NCBI GenBank assembly: GCA_965235115.1
Contig: OZ249436.1
Span: forward strand, 47,494,001-47,558,000
Length of the DNA: 64,000 bases
Direction of reading: 5' to 3'
Source: Laetmonice hystrix
Taxonomy: Eukaryota
This document shows positions 26,757 through 39,886 of this stretch, one piece after another; the stretch's first letter is position 1, and each line of letters opens with the position of its first letter. The notes under the pieces were generated by a model, which saw only the letters and a list, made by a program, of their open reading frames with translations, was not told the origin of the DNA and did no database searches. A program made the position numbers and the translations under genes.

Positions 26757-27110
26757 CAAAGTTCTATTTTTTGGGCATAGCATAGTCATGGTATAAGCTT
26801 TAAAATAAAATATAACAAATGATAGGTTTCTATTCTTATTTTCGAGAAAATGATGGGTAAAGATTGGTCAAGTTAACATAGGATTCAATGGGGAAATTCT
26901 AGGATGATTTTACTTCCATTGAACTACTTCTGCCATTAACATTCTTCCAAATTTTACATAGATCTATATTCATCTTAGGACAATATTGATCATTTTAAAC
27001 GAGAGAAAAAGGTAGGTCACCGTTCTAATTTTTGATGTACGATGGAAAAGCAATATCATGTTTACTGGTTTATTTTGAAGCTTATACTATGACAAAAAAT
27101 TAGAACTTTG
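26757..27110. mobile_element. AT-rich MITE-like element with ~42 bp imperfect terminal inverted repeats
   Basis: Left CAAAGTTCTATTTTTTG[~11 nt insert]GTCATGGTATAAGCTTTAAAATAAA versus reverse complement of right end CAAAGTTCTAATTTTTTGTCATAGTATAAGCTTCAAAATAAA; inner TTCAATGG/CCATTGAA pair. No coding capacity; no TSD identified. Confidence 0.65.
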
Positions 27111-27271
27111 TGATTGTTTTTAACTTTTTAAGGTTACTGGACAATGGCTGACTCAAACCCCACACGTCCGCCTAAATTTGACGGCCAATGGGAAGTCGGG
27201 TCGGGTGAGGCCAGTGTGCGGGGATCCATTCAATCTCCAGGACAATCAAAACATGGCCTGATGCTACATAT

Positions 27272-27778
27272 ATACATATCTGACATAAGACCTTTGATAT
27301 GTTTATCATCCTACATATCTGACATAATACCTTTGATATGTTTATCATCCTACATATCTGACATAAGACCTTTGATATGTTTATCATCCTACATATCTGA
27401 CATAAGACCTTTGATATGTTTATCATCCTACATATCTGACACAAGACCTTTGATATGTTTATCATCCTACATATCTGACATAAGACCTTTGATATGTTTA
27501 TCATCCTACATATCTGACATAAGACCTTTGATATGTTTATCATCCTACATATCTGACATAAGACCTTTGATATGTTTATCATCCTACATATCTGACATAA
27601 GACCTTTGATATGTTTATCATCCTACATATCTGACATAAGACCTTTGATATGTTTATCATCCTACATATCTGACATGAGACCTTTGATATGTTTATCATC
27701 CTACATATCTGACATAAGATCTTTGATATGTTTATCATCCTACATATCTGACATAAGACCTTTGATATGTTTATCATA
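27272..27778. repeat. Minisatellite, 39 bp unit, 13 copies
   Basis: TACATATCTGACATAAGACCTTTGATATGTTTATCATCC repeated. Confidence 0.97.
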
Positions 27779-28058
27779 CTCTCGGAGATTGCTCACAGAC
27801 CGACCGGCCTGGGTTACGGGTGTCCGTCAATAAACCAAGTGTATTATCTTAACATTTCGCGCGGTGAGCTATGGGTTCAACGAGACGTGTCAAAATGACA
27901 CCATCCCCATAAGCCGACTGTGTCAACACACACCTTGGGGTCGCTTTGCATGCCTTGGGGGACATAACATTTCAATCTCAGGGGTTGCGCTTCGCCAGGT
28001 CACTGACCGGCCCAAAACGAGGCTGATCTGTTCAGAACGAGGCCGACCTACAGCTGGT

Positions 28059-28075
28059 GCTGCCACCTAGCGGCC
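28059..28075 (-). promoter_or_regulatory. CTCF-like motif
   Basis: Minus strand GGCCGCTAGGTGGCAGC is close to the CTCF core CCASYAGRKGGCRS. Confidence 0.4.
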
Positions 28076-28470
28076 GGTGACGTGACAGCTCTACATCCGT
28101 CAGATAAGCTGATTAATTCACACCTGTGTAGTTTTGAATCAGTCACATACTGTGTGATTACTGCCCTCGCTAACACCGGCCAGTGAGATTCTGTTTGATG
28201 TGAACGGTTTCTGTCTAATACTGCCCGGTCATGGCGCGCTGACGCCAGCTTTCAATGTGTCCGACTGTGATATGTTATTTTTTACAGTGAGATGACCACC
28301 TTTGGTCGGGGTGCGGACTGTAAAGCTAGCACCCCGTTGTAAGCTCCTCATCCTCTCCCACCATCACCTCCCTCAGCAGTGACAATGTAATTAGGTACAC
28401 GTAGGCCGCAAGTCCACGCTGATGTTCGTGTTCCTGAGTGCGTTATTATCTCATCACAGAGGCGGCTCCA

Positions 28471-28905
28471 GGTATAATATCACCCGGCATAATATCACTC
28501 GGTATAATATCACCCGGTATAATATCACCCGGTATAATATCACTCGGTATAATATCACCCGGTATAATATCACCCGGTATAATATCACTCGGTATAATAT
28601 CACCCGGCATAATATCACTTGGTATAATATCACTTGGTATAATATCACCCGGTATAATATCACTCGGTATAATATCACCCGGTATAATATCACTCGGTAT
28701 AATATCACCCGGTATAATATCACCCGGTATAATATCACTCGGTATAATATCACCCGGTATAATATCACTCGGTATAATATCACCCAGTATAATATCACCC
28801 GGTAGAATATCATCCAGTATAATATCAGCAGGTATAATATCACCCGGTATAATATCAGCAGGTATAATATCACCCGCTATACTATCAACCAGTATAATAT
28901 CACCC
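28471..28905. repeat. Minisatellite, 15 bp unit, ~29 copies
   Basis: GGTATAATATCAC(C/T)C repeated. Confidence 0.97.
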
Positions 28906-29196
28906 GTTTACTTATACATCCATGTATTTGAAATGAGAACACCTGAATGGAACAGCAGGATCCTAACATTTTATAAATATGCTGACATAGCAAAATAATA
29001 ACTGAAACTCGTAACAATTCCCGCCATTATAATGAGAACCTGTACTGTGTGGATAATAAAAGGGGACCGGTGGACATACACATACAACGCTGGCTCTCCA
29101 CAAAGTTACCTGCCCTTGCATTATATATGTCATGACATCTTGGCTAAATGGAAAATTTCCGAAATTATCCAGCCAGGAACGAATCCCGCGAGAGCC

Positions 29197-29783
29197 AAAC
29201 GTTACTTTTCTTATACTACTAACAACGATGTTCGCAGTCCCTCCCGGTGTCCCCAAACAAACGTTACTTTTCTTATACTACTAACAGCCATGTTCGCAGT
29301 CCCTCCCGGTGTCCCCAAACAAACGTTACTTTTCTTATACCACTAACAACGATGTTCGCAGTCCCTCCCGGTGTCCCCAAACAAACGTTACTTTTCTTAT
29401 ACTACTAACAGCCATGTTCGCAGTCCCCGTGTCCCCAAACAAACGTTACTTTTCTTATACTACTAACAGCCATGTTCGCAGTCCCTCTCGGTGTCCCCAA
29501 ACAAACGTTACTTTTCTTTTACTACTAACAGTGTTCGCAGTCCCCGTGTCCCCAAACAAACGTTACTTTTCTTATACTACTAACAACGATGTTCGCAGTC
29601 CCTCCCGGTGTCCCCAAACAAACGTTACTTTTCTTATACTACTAACAGCCATGTTCGCAGTTCCCGTGTCCCCAAACAAACGTTACTTTTCTTATACTAC
29701 TAACAACGATGTTCGCAGTCCCTCCCGGTGTCCCCAAACAAACGTTACTTTTCTTATACTACTAACAGCCATGTTCGCAGTCC
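29197..29783. repeat. Minisatellite, ~58/63 bp alternating units, ~10 copies
   Basis: AAACGTTACTTTTCTTATACTACTAACA(AC/GC)(G/C)ATGTTCGCAGTCCC...GTGTCCCCAAAC. Confidence 0.95.
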
Positions 29784-30367
29784 CAGGAGATGCTGAGGTC
29801 CAATTAAAGATGAGAAATACAGTTTTACGTGTGACAAGCTTGTAGGATTGACTAATAAAAATACGTTTTTCATCAGAGACGGTCCGTACTCCAGAGGCGG
29901 GATGAAAACACATTAAGGTGACTGAAAGTGGCACAGACATGGATAATGGTAGTCCTTACATTATGGACTGGTAATTATCGGGTGTGTAAGGAATGGTGGT
30001 TGAGGATGAACGCTGACAAAGGAAAAAGATGTAATGGAGCTGAAAACATGGCAAACATGCAACTCAGAAACACAGTGACGTCAGAGTTTCTGCAGCCAAT
30101 CCGTGAAAGGCACAAGGAGGGTGCGGTGCGCACACTCACACAAAACAAGACCCGCGAAACGCTGACATAACTGGTGGTGCGTGACATCCGGAAACTATTA
30201 ATTTCATCAGCCCATCTGGAAACGTTACAAATGTTTCACTCTAAATTACACAACTACGACATCTGGTGGACACAAGCCGTGCATGATGTCATGCAGTGAC
30301 GGATTCAACAAAAACATGCGCGAAAAAAACAACAACAAGGATCCTAACTGACCAATCACAAGGCGTG

Positions 30368-31056
30368 TTATTTCCAGATGGGCTCTGATTGGCTGAAAGG
30401 TGCCGTGACACCAGCATCACCATGGTTACTCCCTCCACCGTAAGATAAGAAATCACTACCTGTGCCAGTCGGGCCACGTTTGATATAAGCGCTCGGTTTG
30501 GGCGGCGGTTCGTCGGGCTCCGGTACCAACTCGTCGTGGAACTCTTGTGAGAAAATGTCGGTGGTTTGTGTTTGTTTGCGGGTAGCAGGAGTTTCCGCTA
30601 GCTCCTCCTCCTGTCCTTCCTCCTGCCGCGTCTCCTGACCAGTCTCCTGATCAGCCTCCTGGACCGGACCGGGATTGGCGTAACTTTGCGACATTTCGGG
30701 CGTCTCATAATGTACATGTCCTGTCCGATATCGTGACGAGTGAGTAGGTGGTACCATGGAAGATTTCTGAGTTAACAACTTGGAGGAGGATTTGCTATCC
30801 ACCACGCTGCTGCTCAGTTCATGGTCACCTTTGTTGTTATTGACTGACGTTTCGCTCTGTGGAGCGTACCGATTGTGTATATTCCCAGAGTATCGCGGAG
30901 CACTCCTTGACGCCATTGACGCCTCTATTTTAGCGTCCAGTACTTCCTCAGTCGAACCAATCGGGAGGGCAGCGTATGTTTTGCCCTTATTTCGCCGAGA
31001 ACCGCTATTTAGGCGTCTATCATGTTGGTCGCCATATTCATCATCCGATTCATAGC
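30368..31056 (-). CDS. Probable terminal coding exon of an unidentified gene (disordered Ser/Glu/Pro-rich C-terminus, GYESDDEY...EPIWK*)
   Basis: Long polypyrimidine tract and TTTTTAG acceptor; phase-1 entry matches the upstream exon; ~228 non-repetitive open codons to TAA. A weak internal donor (ACAG|gtagtg, ~30460) cannot be excluded. Confidence 0.85.
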
Positions 31057-32003
31057 CTAAAAATAAGAAAGCATGCTCTTTGTTTTTCATGCAAATAAAA
31101 ACATCATGCAATGAAAAAAAAAATGAGAGAAAAAAGGAAGAAAAATAGCCATAACAAAATAGCCATACAAGAAAAAAGATGCTAAAATGAAGTGATATGT
31201 TATAAATGTACAAATAAAGCTTTGGACTTGTTACAAAATGTACTTAGGAAATGCCACAATACATTTATGCATTCCAAATCATTACAGGATACATTATTTC
31301 GTGGCTTTCGAGAGCACAGCAGCTCTATGAGGCTGGCTGCTACTTTGTTTTCAAGCACACGCAGAATTAAGGCTAAAGTTATAAATTACGGTTAGACCTC
31401 ACAGCCTCTATATCATTAGAAGGCCACATAGAAAATGTTTACGACGGGCCAAAATATTATGTGGAAGAGATGGATTTTGTGATTACACATCCAATTTACA
31501 TGAGCAGTTTGTCTTCATTGGGATGGGAGTGACAGTGTACATTACATGCATAGTTGACTCTGGTTGTTCTACACTTTACTGATATTCGTTTAATGGAGGG
31601 CACATGGCTTTTATTTTCCATCGCTCAGATGTGAAATTAATACCGAAACGCCAGGAAATGAGAACCTCTTTTCATGAATGATAAATAAGAGAAATTATGA
31701 GATAAAAGGCATATAATCTGAAAAGAAGGGCGAAGAATGTGCTATCATTTTTCCTATAGAAGAAGCGCTTTCCATGCTTGTCTCACTACGGCTGATTAGG
31801 GATGAATGCATGCAGTGATCAGTAATAGCGGCAAGCAAAGCGGTACAGAAAGTTCGACATTGCAAACACAAAATAATTACAAAAAGGAAGTGGTGACAAG
31901 ATGCCAGAGAATGAGTTATTTGACAATAGAGGGTGAGATGGGAGTTAGGTGAGTGATTTTAAGACCTGCTCGGGTTAGGATAAAGTGATGGTATCGGTGC
32001 TGG

Positions 32004-32104
32004 TCAGTTGGCGTGTTTGATCCACGTGTCGAAGCGCCAACTTGTACCGGTGCATGTCAACCCCATGCTCGCCAGCGTCAAAAGGTAGGCTAGAGTTCGC
32101 CCTG
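32004..32104 (-). CDS. Candidate alternative terminal exon (AGRTLAYLLTLASMGLTCTGTSWRFDTWIKHAN*)
   Basis: Perfect TACTAAC branch point (32147-32141) followed by GAG and CAGCAG acceptors; phase-1 frames from both are open (CAG: stop at 32004; GAG at 32111: GGSRANSSLPFDAGEHGVDMHRYKLALRHVDQTRQLTSTDTITLS*, stop at 31975). Weak pyrimidine tract. Confidence 0.3.
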
Positions 32105-32388
32105 CTGCCGCCTCATGGCAGCACCGTACGGTGGGTGGCAGTTAGTAGGCAGCGGTTGGTGGAGAAAGTGTAGATTACGGCGACAATGCTGCAGTGCCAC
32201 TCACAGGTGTGTATGAGGAGTAAGAGGGGCCCAGTCTGGGCAGTGCAGCTACCACAAACCAGTCAGCAGAGATTCACTGGCTACATAATCTACGACTGCA
32301 AAGATTATCGGGACAAATGCAAGCAGTTGGATTCTTTCATGGAGCATGCCACCTGGCGATAATCAAATAGGCACAAGTCATCCAATCT

Positions 32389-32812
32389 AAGACATTCGGC
32401 CATTGGCCAATCTTCACGTCACACATAGAAGACATTCGGCCATTGGCCAATCTTCACGTCACACATAGAAGACATTCGGCCATTGGCCAATCTTCACGTC
32501 ACACATAGAAGACATTCACCCATTGGCCAATCTTCACGTCACACATAGAAGACATTCACCCATTGGCCAATCTTCACGTCACACATAGAAAACATTCGGC
32601 CATTGGCCAATCTTCACGTCACACATAGAAGACATTCACCCATTGGCCAATCTTCACGTCACACATAGAAGACATTCACCCATTGGCCAATCTTCACGTC
32701 ACACATAGAAGACATTCACCCATTGGCCAATCTTCACGTCACACATAGAAAACATTCGGCCATTGGCCAATCTTCACTTCACACATAGAAAACATTCACC
32801 CATTGGCCAATC
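32389..32812. repeat. Minisatellite, 40 bp unit, ~10.5 copies
   Basis: GACATTC(GG/AC)CCATTGGCCAATCTTCACGTCACACATAGAA repeated. Confidence 0.97.
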
Positions 32813-33245
32813 AATGTTAACAATGCCAACCCTACACCCGAGTTTAGCAGTTCGTGCAGGCAGCCCACAATCCTTGCTCGGAGGTCTGCTAGGTTGTATA
32901 ATTATGGATGCATAGATAGGAACCATCACCGTGCTGTTGTTTTGCCTACGAAGCCAAAAGCTTGATTATTATAACCTAAGCTCACACCCATTGTAGACAC
33001 AGTTCGTATGTAAACCTCACACCTGTTTGGAGTATTCGATTACAGTTGACGCTATGTTTATAATAATGACGTAAAACCATCGCCTGTCTGTACGATGGTT
33101 TTAGTGTAGCCTTGGTACCAACTAATTAAAGATAATTGTGATATCGATGGATGAAGTCAGAGATAGTCTTCAGGGACGGGATCATGTGACCTGATGAGGC
33201 TATCGTACACGTGAGTCTAAGTGACAAGTCGATCTCATACACGGT

Positions 33246-35205
33246 CGGGATTAGGGATGGCGATGAGTGTACGGCACACATGTCGAGATTAGGGATGGCC
33301 ATGAGTGTACGGCACACATGTCGAGATTAGGGATGGCCATGAGTGTACGGCACACATGTCGAGATTAGGGATGGCCATGAGTGTACGGCACACATGTCGG
33401 GATTAGGGATGGCGATGAGTGTACGGCACACATGTCGCGATTAGGGATGGCGATGAGTGTACGGCACACATGTCGCGATTAGGGATGGCCATGAGTGTAC
33501 GGCACACATGTCGCGATTAGGGATGGCCATGAGTGTACAGCACACATGTCGGGATTAGGGATGGCGATGAGTGTAAGGCACACATGTCGAGATTAGGGAT
33601 GGCGATGAGTGCACGTACGGCACACATGTCGAGATTAGGGATGGCGATGAGTGCACGTACGGAACACATGTCGAGATTAGGGATGGCAAAGAGTGTACGT
33701 ATGGCACACATGTCGAGATTAGGGATGGCCAGGAGTGTACGGCACACATGTCACGATTAGGGATGGCAATGAGTGTACGTACGGCACACATGTCGAGATT
33801 AGTGATGGCCATGAGTGTACGGCACACATGTCGAGATTAGGGATGGCCACGAGTGTACGGCACACAATGTCGAGATTAGGGATGGCCATGAGTGTACGTT
33901 CGGCACACATGTCGAGATTAGGGATGGCGATGAGTGTACGGCACACATGTCGAGATTAGGGATGGCCATGAGTGTACGGCACACATGTCTAGATTAGGGA
34001 TGGCGATGAGTGTACGGCACACATGTCGAGATTAGGGATGGCGATGAGTGTAAGGCACACATGTCGCGATTAGGGATGGCGATGAGTGTACGGCACACAT
34101 GTCGAGATTAGGGATGGCAATGAGTGTAAGGCACACATGTCGAGATTAGGGATGGCAATGAGTGTAAGGCACACATGTCGAGATTAGGGATGGCAATGAG
34201 TGTAAGGCACACATGTCGCGATTAGGGATGGCGATGAGTGTACGGCACACATGTCGAGATTAGGGATGGCAATGAGTGTAAGGCACACATGTCGAGATTA
34301 GGGATGGCAATGAGTGTACGTACGGCACACATGTAGAGATTAGGGATGGCCATGAGTGTACGGCACACATGTCGAGATTAGGGATGGCGATGAGTGTACG
34401 GCACACATGTCGAGATTAGGGATGGCGATGAGTGTACGGCACACATGTCGAGATTAGGGATGGCCAGGAGTGTACGGCACACATGTCGAGATTAGGGATG
34501 GCCAGGAGTGTACGGCACACATGTCGAGATTAGGGATGGCGATGAGTGTACGGCACACATGTCGAGATTAGGGATGGCCATGAGTGTACGGCAAACATGT
34601 CTAGATTAGGGATGGCGATGAGTGTATGGCACACATGTCGAGATTAGGGATGGCCAGGAGTGTACGTACGGCACACATGTCGCGATTAGGGATGGCCAGT
34701 AGTGTACGTATGGCACACGTCGATATTAGGGATGGCCAGGAGTGTACGTACGGCACACATGTCGAGATTAGGGATGGCCATGAGTGTAATGCACACATGT
34801 CGAGATTAGGGATGGCAATGAGTGTACGTACGGCACACATGTCACGATTATGGATGGCGATGAGTGTACGGCACACATGTCGAGATTAGGGATGGCCATG
34901 AGTGTACGTACGGCACACATGTCGAGATTAGGGATGGCCAGGAGTGTACGTACGGCATACATGTCGAGATTAGGGATGGCCATGAGTGTACGTACGGCAC
35001 ACATGTCGAGATTAGGGATGGCCATGAGTGTACGGCACACATGTCGAGATTAGGGATGGCCATGAGTGTACGTACGGCACACATGTCGAGATTAGGGATG
35101 GCCATGAGTGTACGTACGGCACACATGTCGAGATTAGGGATGGCCATGAGTGTACGTACGGCACACATGTCGAGATTAGGGATGGCCATGAGTGTACGGC
35201 AAACA
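33246..35205. repeat. Minisatellite, 38 bp unit (42 bp +GTAC variant), ~50 copies
   Basis: GAGATTAGGGATGGCCATGAGTGTACGGCACACATGTC repeated. Confidence 0.97.
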
Positions 35206-35957
35206 TGGCCTCCGTCAGGTAATCTATGGGGTTGCAACTTGCAGTAAAGTAAACACATTTTGTCTGCTGGAAGTTAGCTTTCATCTTTGAATAAATCTTT
35301 CCATGGTTTCGTGGGGTGCTAGCACAAACACATACGGTATTGTATTTTGTTGTAGTTACATGTTATATAAATGTTTTCGTTGATAAGTACTGAATTCATT
35401 AAGCGATACTATCCTCTCTAGTCTGGCTGTTCAGAATTGAAATACAACCTGTAACAAAGTTTTCTAGATCCATTCTTTACGTCATTCACTGGGACAAAAA
35501 CAACCTGTTACACCGAGTCGTAATCGTAGCTATCCAATAAACGCTTACATTCGTTCTTCACCAGGGAGCCGCGAAATGACATAAATTCATTCTTGTATTT
35601 GGGGTTCGAGATCTGTCGATCAGTCAGAATAACTCTCAGAATGCTTAACTGTGTTTCTTATCACCTACACTCGGGCTGTCAAAACCAAAAATAAAAAATA
35701 AAAAATAATAATATCTCTCTCCTAAATATCTACATTCCGTTCCGTTACCATATTGATCGAATATTTAACAGTTGTGTAAAGATCGATTCGTTACATTTCT
35801 TCGGAAACATAAAATCTTAATCTCTAAGTGAATCTCAAACATTTAGAAAATTGCCTTAGCCGCCGACAATTTGAAAATGTCACGTGGTAAGTTTGCGATA
35901 TCTCTGTTTGTGTCTGTGTCTACCATGGGTGTAACGGTCCCGTGACTCAATGCGGGA

Positions 35958-36035
35958 GGTGCGACAGTCGGTGCGACAAACAATGCGACAGTCGGTGCGA
36001 CAGTCGGTGCGACAGTCAATGCGACAGTCGGTGCA
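35958..36035. repeat. 12 bp tandem repeat, ~6 copies
   Basis: GTGCGACAGTCG units. Confidence 0.85.
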
Positions 36036-36444
36036 GTGTTTTAGGGAGAGAGTGGGAGAAGGACGGTCGGTCGGTCTCGGGGGCCGACCGGAAGTAGATC
36101 ACCATGCAGGGTGGTGTGTGCCGGGTAACGAACGTGTAGTCTCCAGGCAGAGAGAACCAGTTGTAGAATATGTATACACAGAGACAGTGGGCAGAGAAAG
36201 AGAAAATCCTCGCAATTCTCAGCAAAAAACAGCCAGTGTTTGATTTAAATAGCAAAATGCATGGCTTGCTGAAAATAGTCAATGTAGCGGAAGATTGAAC
36301 CAATGATAACCAGTGGAACATACAAACCGAGGGTAATTACCCGTTACCCGGGAGTAAACACCCCCTGGACGATCCACCATCAACCAGGAGACCATTACAG
36401 GATGTATTGTTTACATAACCCAGCAAACAAATCATTTCACCTAC

Positions 36445-36456
36445 CTTCAGCACCTT
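36445..36456 (-). CDS. Candidate 12-nt phase-1 microexon (EGAE)
   Basis: ttttag|AAGGTGCTGAAG|gtaggt; frame-preserving between the 38907 and 31056 exons; short pyrimidine tract, may be chance. Confidence 0.25.
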
Positions 36457-36514
36457 CTAAAACCTGGGGAATCTACCGGGAAACTCTTACAGGAACTTGT
36501 AATGTGGAGAATAG

Positions 36515-37255
36515 ACGGTCTACTGATTACACGAGTGTGACGGTCTACACCAGCGTGACGGTCTACTGATTACACCAGTGTGACGGTCTACTGATTACAC
36601 CAGCGTGACGGTCTACTGATTACACCAGTGTGACGGTCTACTGATTACACCAGCGTGACGGTCTACTGATTACACCAGCGTGACGGTCTACTGATTACAC
36701 CAGCGTGACGGTCTACTGATTACACCAGCGTGACGGTCTACTGATTACACCAGTGTGACGGTCTACTGATTACACCAGCGTGACGGTCTACTGATTACAC
36801 CAGCGTGACGGTCTACTGATTACACCAGCGGGACGGTCTACTGATTACACCAGTGTGACGGTCTACTGATTACACCAGCGTGACGGTCTACTGATTACAC
36901 CAGCGTGACGGTCTACACCAGCGTGACGGTCTACTGATTACACCAGTGTGACGGTCTACTGATTACACCAGCGTGACGGTCTACTGATTACACCAGTGTG
37001 ACGGTCTACTGATTACACCAGCGTGACGGTCTACTGATTACACCAGCGTGACGGTCTACTGATTACACCAGCGGGACGGTCTACTGATTACACCAGTGTG
37101 ACGGTCTACTGATTACACCAGCGTGACGGTCTACTGATTACACCAGCGTGACGGTCTACACCAGCGTGACGGTCTACTGATTACACCAGCATACGGTCTA
37201 CTGATTACACCAGCGGGACGGTCTACTGATTACACCAGTGTGACAGTCTACTGAA
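36515..37255. repeat. Minisatellite, 25 bp unit (18 bp deletion variants), ~30 copies
   Basis: GTGACGGTCTACTGATTACACCAG(C/T) repeated. Confidence 0.97.
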
Positions 37256-37571
37256 TGTAGACCAAAATGTTAAAAATGTAAGTATCTTATCCTAGAAAAC
37301 TTTCAGTCTTGCAATGGTTGCTGAAGGAAGGTTAAGCAGTGGTGAACGACAAGCAGGTGGGCGGGGTAGTCTCGGATTACGTCACCGACAGGTAGGTAAT
37401 GATTACGGTTAGGATTACTTCAGAGTCTGGACTGTTCCCAACAGGTAAATATCATAGGTCTATGTATGATATCAGCCCAATCTATGAGTGCCTATAGAAT
37501 GCTGCAGCTACAAACTGACATACCACTCGGTATCAGTCATTGTGTCAGTGTCTGATAAACAATCTACTTAT

Positions 37572-38078
37572 CACACCGCAGGTCTGCATGGAGCCATGCT
37601 GGATCATACAGCAGGTCTGCACGGAGCCATGCTGGATCACACAGCAGGTCTGCACGGAGCCATGCTGGATCACACAGCAGGTCTGCACGGAGCTATGCTG
37701 GATCACACAGCAGGTCTGCACGGAGCTATGCTGGATCACACAGCAGGTCTGCACGGAGCCATGCTGGATCATACAGCAGGTCTGCACGGAGCCATGCTGG
37801 ATCATACAGCAGGTCTGCACGGAGCCATGCTGGATCACACAGCATGTCTGCACGGAGCCATGCTGGATCACACAGCATGTCTGCACGGATCATACAGCAG
37901 GTCCGCACGGAGCCATGCTGGATCACACAGCAGGTCTGCACGGAGCCATGCTGGATCACACAGCATGTCTGCACGGAGCCATGCTGGATCACACAGCATG
38001 TCTGCACGGAGCCATGCTGGATCACACAGCAGGTCTGCACAGATCACACAGCAGGTCTGCACGGAGCCATGCTGGATC
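37572..38078. repeat. Minisatellite, 33 bp unit, ~15 copies
   Basis: CACAGCAGGTCTGCACGGAGCCATGCTGGATCA repeated. Confidence 0.96.
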
Positions 38079-38906
38079 TTCTTTCACGTTTAGTCACTGA
38101 CTTCCGAAAATTCCAATCGCCCCAAATAAAAGACCAGAGTTAAATAATTTTTAAAAGTGCGGTCTTTTAATCATAATTTCTCGGTGTATCCAAATTCTCG
38201 TCTGGAACATGATACTAAGATCAAATAACAAAAAAATAATTTTGTCTCAAAACCTGTCTGAGAGTACAGATACTGTAGTGATTGTTTGTGCCTATGTATA
38301 TAGTCCATTCGATTTGACGCAGTAATAGAAGTCAGAGTCTGTTGTATTTCCTACCTTCATGTCAGACCCACCGCTCACCACTGTAAAACCACCACCACCG
38401 CCACCGCTTCGTGTCACCACTGGGGCAGCGGTACTGCCACCTACCGTCAGTTGGCGGTACTACCACTGCCCGGCATGCACGTGTTCCCCCAAACTCAGCG
38501 ATCTTTGAGGATGTAATACAGCGTCCAAGACTTAGAATACTGCAGAGAAGCACTTGCAGGGCTGAAAGCTTTACTGTATCAGCGATAGCAACTTCACGTG
38601 GCCTTTAAGGTCACTCCTGGACTTAACTCCATCACTAAACAAAGAAATTATATACTGGGTGATCTCTTTACCATGATGTATTCCAATGTTTCAAAACGGA
38701 GAAAACAAGAATTTGTTCAAGAGAAATAAAAAAATCTCCATCAATTTGTAACGGTCGACACCGTACATTATCACTGAGTTTATAGGACCTGATCTGAGCG
38801 GAAAGGTTTAGTGAGGTGTCCAGGACCGACCAAATAAATAGGATAAAGCCAGGAGATTCTGGCCTGAGCAGCAGCTGGCAGCAGCTGGCAGCAGCTGGCG
38901 GCCTAC

Positions 38907-38984
38907 CTTTACTGGGCTTGGCGCCATCTGTCCTGGTGTACTGACACTTGAGTAACTTGTCGTCCTCCTGTTCGAGCTGGTACA
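38907..38984 (-). CDS. Internal coding exon, 78 nt, phase 1-1 (VYQLEQEDDKLLKCQYTRTDGAKPSK)
   Basis: gtgtttacag|TGTACC...AGTAAAG|gtaggc; open frame joins the flanking exons. Confidence 0.8.
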
Positions 38985-39074
38985 CTGTAAACACACACAC
39001 AAAACACACACCGTGCGGTTACTGTTAGCACACACTTCAAATGACGACAGGGCACAGGAAGCATTAGTAACTCT

Positions 39075-39214
39075 ATACGAAACACATCTGACGCGATGCG
39101 ATACGCTGCGATGCGACACGAACACACCAACCCGTCAGCCGTGTCGCTTGCAATGAAAACCATTAGAGGATTTCACAAATCGCGTCGCATCGTGCCGGGT
39201 GTGATTCCTGCTTA
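39075..39214. mobile_element. Degenerate MITE-like remnant (CACAC...CGATGCGA inverted ends)
   Basis: Left AAACACATCTGACGCGATGCGA versus reverse complement of right end AATCACACCCGGCACGATGCGACGCGA; ends in TTAA. Confidence 0.35.
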
Positions 39215-39718
39215 ACGATTATCAAATAATGGTAACATTTAGTATGTAAACAAACTCAGGCTGCAGGCTGTAACCATAAAGAACCCGATGAACGGGCACT
39301 GACTCGGTCACCTACCGGACGGCTCTGGAAGGACAAAAGGTGCAACACTCTTAATGGTGTGTCACAGAGAAACGATCAAAAGTAATCAGAATCTGGGGCC
39401 ACAAAACACGGCCAGACTTCAAACTGGTTTTACTAAATCCATACTCCTGTACTTGTGTGAAAGTAAGCTATGACAACAGGTACACTTCAGTGATAGAGAA
39501 AAAACACCCACGTTCTCAGCGCTGCGAATCACTTTGAATTATTATTACCTGTAAAACCTTGTTCCTGACAAATAAGATACCATTTGTTTTTAAATGATCT
39601 ACAGCAGTGTCTAACAATAGCCCCTTTCGTAAAATTTCACTTGGATCTGCTTGAATGAAAGCTTAACTTGGAGATAAAAATGGCCTGTAGCGAAACATCA
39701 AGACTTGATAAATGTGGT

Positions 39719-39886
39719 TGATACGTTCTATCATAGACACATAACTCATCGATACACACACGGATAGGTGGTACATGTGATACGTTCTATCATAGACACA
39801 TAACTCATCGATACACACACGGATAGGTGGTACATGTGATACGTTCTATCATAGACACATAACTCATCGATACACACACGGATAGG
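39719..39886. repeat. Tandem triplication, 59 bp unit
   Basis: TGATACGTTCTATCATAGACACATAACTCATCGATACACACACGGATAGG x3. Confidence 0.94.

Noticed and set aside
31057..31213. Hydrophobic N-terminus of the 281-aa ORF (apparent signal/TM segment)
   Set aside because: It is the translated T-rich polypyrimidine tract upstream of the acceptor at 31056.
33072..33103. 11-bp perfect stem (TAAAACCATCG/CGATGGTTTTA) as a Helitron 3' hairpin or terminator
   Set aside because: No CTRR end at the expected distance; intrinsic terminators are not relevant in this eukaryotic context.
36016..36210. Minus-strand pyrimidine tract followed by an open frame (DYTFVTRH...)
   Set aside because: The only available acceptors are GAG; insufficient support.
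10529..37255. CRISPR-like appearance of the 23-40 bp repeats
   Set aside because: Units are directly tandem with no unique spacers, no cas genes, and a spliceosomal context.
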